Position numbers and translations under genes: made by a program. The notes under the pieces were generated by a model, which saw nothing but the letters and a program-made list of their open reading frames with translations, ran no database searches and was not told where the DNA came from. From the human T2T-CHM13v2.0 reference genome, Homo sapiens: DNA of 64,000 bases. The DNA lies in NCBI RefSeq assembly GCF_009914755.1, contig NC_060929.1. The stretch is one strand, 5' to 3'. The first letter of the stretch is position 1. Every line of letters begins with the position of its first letter. Positions 60,991-64,000 of the stretch are shown here, in pieces.

Positions 60991-62286
60991 ACCTCCTGTT
61001 TACAAACAAAATAAAACGGCACCAAGCTAAACAGCCAAAAAACTCCACCACCAGCAAAATAAAGCTAGAGTCAAAACTCCAGGAAAGGTTAAATGTTACC
61101 AGTCCCCAGTAAAAGCACAACCTTGTTCTCAGACTGGTATTTGACATTGCTGAAGGTTTTGTCTTGATTACTTTCAATAAAATTCAAAGTAAGGATGACT
61201 GTCTTGGCTCACTAAGCAACACGGTTTTATCACTAATTACAATACTTTATTACCAGTAGTTTAATAGGTTTATGATAGGTCATAAAACAATTCAGCATGG
61301 GAGTACATAAAAAGAAAGGGTTATACAGCTGTGACATCTTAATATCTATTCATCGTAATCATTTTATGATCTTTAATGGTAGCATTTTTTATTAAAATAT
61401 GTACATATGCCTTTACATGGGCTGTGGTGCCACCAAAACCGGGAGGCAGAGTGAAAATCACATAAATATATACTAAAATACTTAATGAGGCATTTCAAAA
61501 ACTTCTATTGTCAAAAGCATGTCGGCTATATCACATGTGTGGAGTCTCATTATGGGTAATTAAAATAAAATCATAAGTGCTATAATAATTCTAACCTTGA
61601 AGGCACAATAAAGGATGGTTATATTTGCCTTCCTAGCCCACACATCTGAGGCATTTTCTTCATTAATTATATTTCACATAAGAATAATGATGCTGTGTAA
61701 GACTGAAATTCCAAGGCGTTTGCTAAATTCTGTGAATTCCAGTCTTCCTCTTGTGAGCATTTGTAGGCTTAATTATATTACTATCTAAAGTTATATTCTG
61801 AGAGGTGCAATATGTAATTTACACGGTTTGAAGGAGGGTGTTTGTTGCTGATGTTAATTTTATTTTGTAAACCAATTAGTAAAGTAAATAAATTAGAAGC
61901 TGAGCTTATCAGTTGACAGTGCATCAGGGCTGTGCTACACAGCCAAGCCAGGGATCAAATGGATTCCATTGCTTTTCCCACCTTCCCACTCCAAAATGTT
62001 TTTGTTTTCAGAACACGGGGCTTTTCAGCACTCTCTTTGGGGGCAGGGTGGCTGGGGACGGAGTGCAGAGCTACATGCCTATTGTTTTGTGGATAGTTGG
62101 AAAACCTGTTTGTTTTTGCAGATACGACCTCAATATTGGATTCCATTTTTCCAGCACAGGGAGCATGATGGCCCTGGACTGGGGGGAAAAAAATCTTTGA
62201 TTTGTTTGTGGATTGTGACCTCTGATAGTAAATGATTTGGAAATTTAAAACGAACACCAGGATTACAAGTTTGCTGTGTTTTTTCT

Positions 62287-62345
62287 ATATGTGTATGTGC
62301 ATATCTACATATACACCCACAGGCACAGACACACACACACACACC
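62287..62345. repeat. Alternating purine-pyrimidine (TA/TG/CA)n tract
   Basis: tatatgtgtatgtgcatat...cacacacac. Confidence 0.8.
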
Positions 62346-62880
62346 TAAACTCAAAAAATTCTCATAAAAGCTAATTTCAGCTCCAGGCTATGACTGGAGT
62401 CTGTGGCCCCCTGCCTCCACCCTGAAGCTGGTTTCCTCACCTCTGTTAGGAACTCTGATTTAGAGAACAGCAAATTCCTGAGCATTTTAGGATCACATTA
62501 GAAAGCAAGAGAAAAAAAGTAAAGTGACCCTTAGAAGCTGCAGCGAAATTTTTACTGATTTAAATTAATTAAACAAAATCATTTAAATAAAATGTGTTGG
62601 TGGACACACATTTTGTAAATTTCAAGTACAATAGTAACTTAACACAGGCGAAAAAACAAAACAAAGCAAAAAACCCCAAAAAGCCCAGTAGATGTTGTCA
62701 AGGGAATTACTCCAGTGAATAGACCAGAGTTATTTGTAATTAGCATATAAATTGTATGCATGTAAATGATGCTTCTAAAAGGTATTTGAAAAGTTTATTT
62801 TCTTAAGTATTTTAAATAAGACCCCCTGCAACCTTGTTTACAGTACTGATTTGCACTTTCATGAAAAAGATTTGCAGGGC

Positions 62881-62924
62881 AAAAAAGAAAAAAAAAAAGA
62901 AAGAAAGAAAGAAAAAAAAGAAAA
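62881..62924. repeat. A-rich/(AAAG)n tract
   Basis: Direct reading; no adjacent Alu body. Confidence 0.85.
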
Positions 62925-64000
62925 CCCTTTAGTCAGGTCACCCCTTTCTTTCCAATTCTCCTGCCTTTCCTTTATCACAAATTACAAATTAATGGCATAC
63001 AAATTAATGAGGTTTTTACAGTATTCAGTCAAATCATGCAACAAAAAGCTTTAATTCAAACACTGGAGCTTGATTATTATAATTTATTTAAATGTAATGC
63101 ACTGTTTGCTAAATTTCATAGGGCTGGAATCAATATGTAATTTAAAGTTAATTTTGAAATAGAGGAGCAGAAGTGGCCTGGTTCTCAAAGAGGGTGGCAG
63201 GCTGCTGTAGTCTCATGAAAACCACAAACTGGTGCTTCACGGAAGCAACATGTTTAAAATGATGGAGAAACAGCCAGACCTGAGTACAGAAAGCACAGCT
63301 GTAGGGTCAGACTTGCAAGATCCCCACTTGTGGACTAGACCACTTGGGAGCTTTGGCTCTTGCAAAGGCATTTGTTTCCCTGTAGTCACCACGGTTCGCC
63401 CACATGTAGGTTGGATGGCCCGTGCTTTCTGCTCACGACTTCACTTGCTGCATTTTGTGGATGAATAACACTGGACACTGCAGCCATCTTCCTGCATGTC
63501 CTTGAGTCCAGTCTGCCTTGTGGACCCCTGCTGGGAGCAATCGTCAGAGGGAATGCAGCACCTCTTCCTTAAACAAAAGAAGCAGCAGCCTTGAGTGTGC
63601 AGTAGTGGATCCTTTACCTTAGGTCGTAGAGAGGCAAGTCATTTCTTTCCTGCAGGACCCTGGTCTTGGGGGTAGATGCACAACACGCTTTAAATCCGGA
63701 TCTTTCCTTGCCTGAACAATGAGTGTTCCCGGTGGAACCCACTTTGGGAAACACTGGGGTAAGGCTTTCTTCATCCATCAATGAGCCGGTCTTTCCCTTT
63801 TGCTATTTAGTTGGTTTCATTTGCATTTTTTAATTAATTTATTTCAAAAATTAAAGAAAGAAATTTGCACAATCATTAAAATAGATCATGAAAGTCTTCC
63901 TTGCCAACTCCCTCTTCACCCAGAGACAGTCTCTCTTTAACAATTTCTTTTCAAAGAAACAATGTATCCATATCCCTCCTGCAGGCACCTGAGTCTTCTA

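Overview
Primate (human or great-ape) non-coding genomic DNA. I recognise no protein-coding exon, rRNA, tRNA or CRISPR array. The long ORFs in the track come from simple repeats, a 33-bp VNTR, Alu/L1 remnants or GC-rich chance. The first ~41 kb is rich in interspersed repeats: Alus, L1PA/L1M fragments, MaLR, MLT2 and ERV1 LTRs, MIR and L2. It includes a two-LTR MLT1I-type element with L1, MLT1A and Alu copies nested inside. An Alu cluster lies at 49.7-54.3 kb. Two stretches (41.3-47.3 kb and 54.3-63.8 kb) have almost no recognisable transposons and carry CpG patches and homeodomain/HOX/TCF/FOX motifs, as expected in a developmental enhancer landscape (inference; locus not identified). The most unusual structures are: (1) a ~135-bp dispersed direct repeat with a circularly permuted 11-mer at 39.5/40.8 kb; (2) a CpG-rich 33-bp VNTR apparently grown out of an L1 3' UTR; (3) a cryptic, heavily decayed ~29-bp tandem array at 44.4-45.1 kb. 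None of these is evidence of a new biological system by itself. Repeat subfamily names come from remembered consensus sequences, not from a RepeatMasker run, and boundaries of old repeats are approximate.
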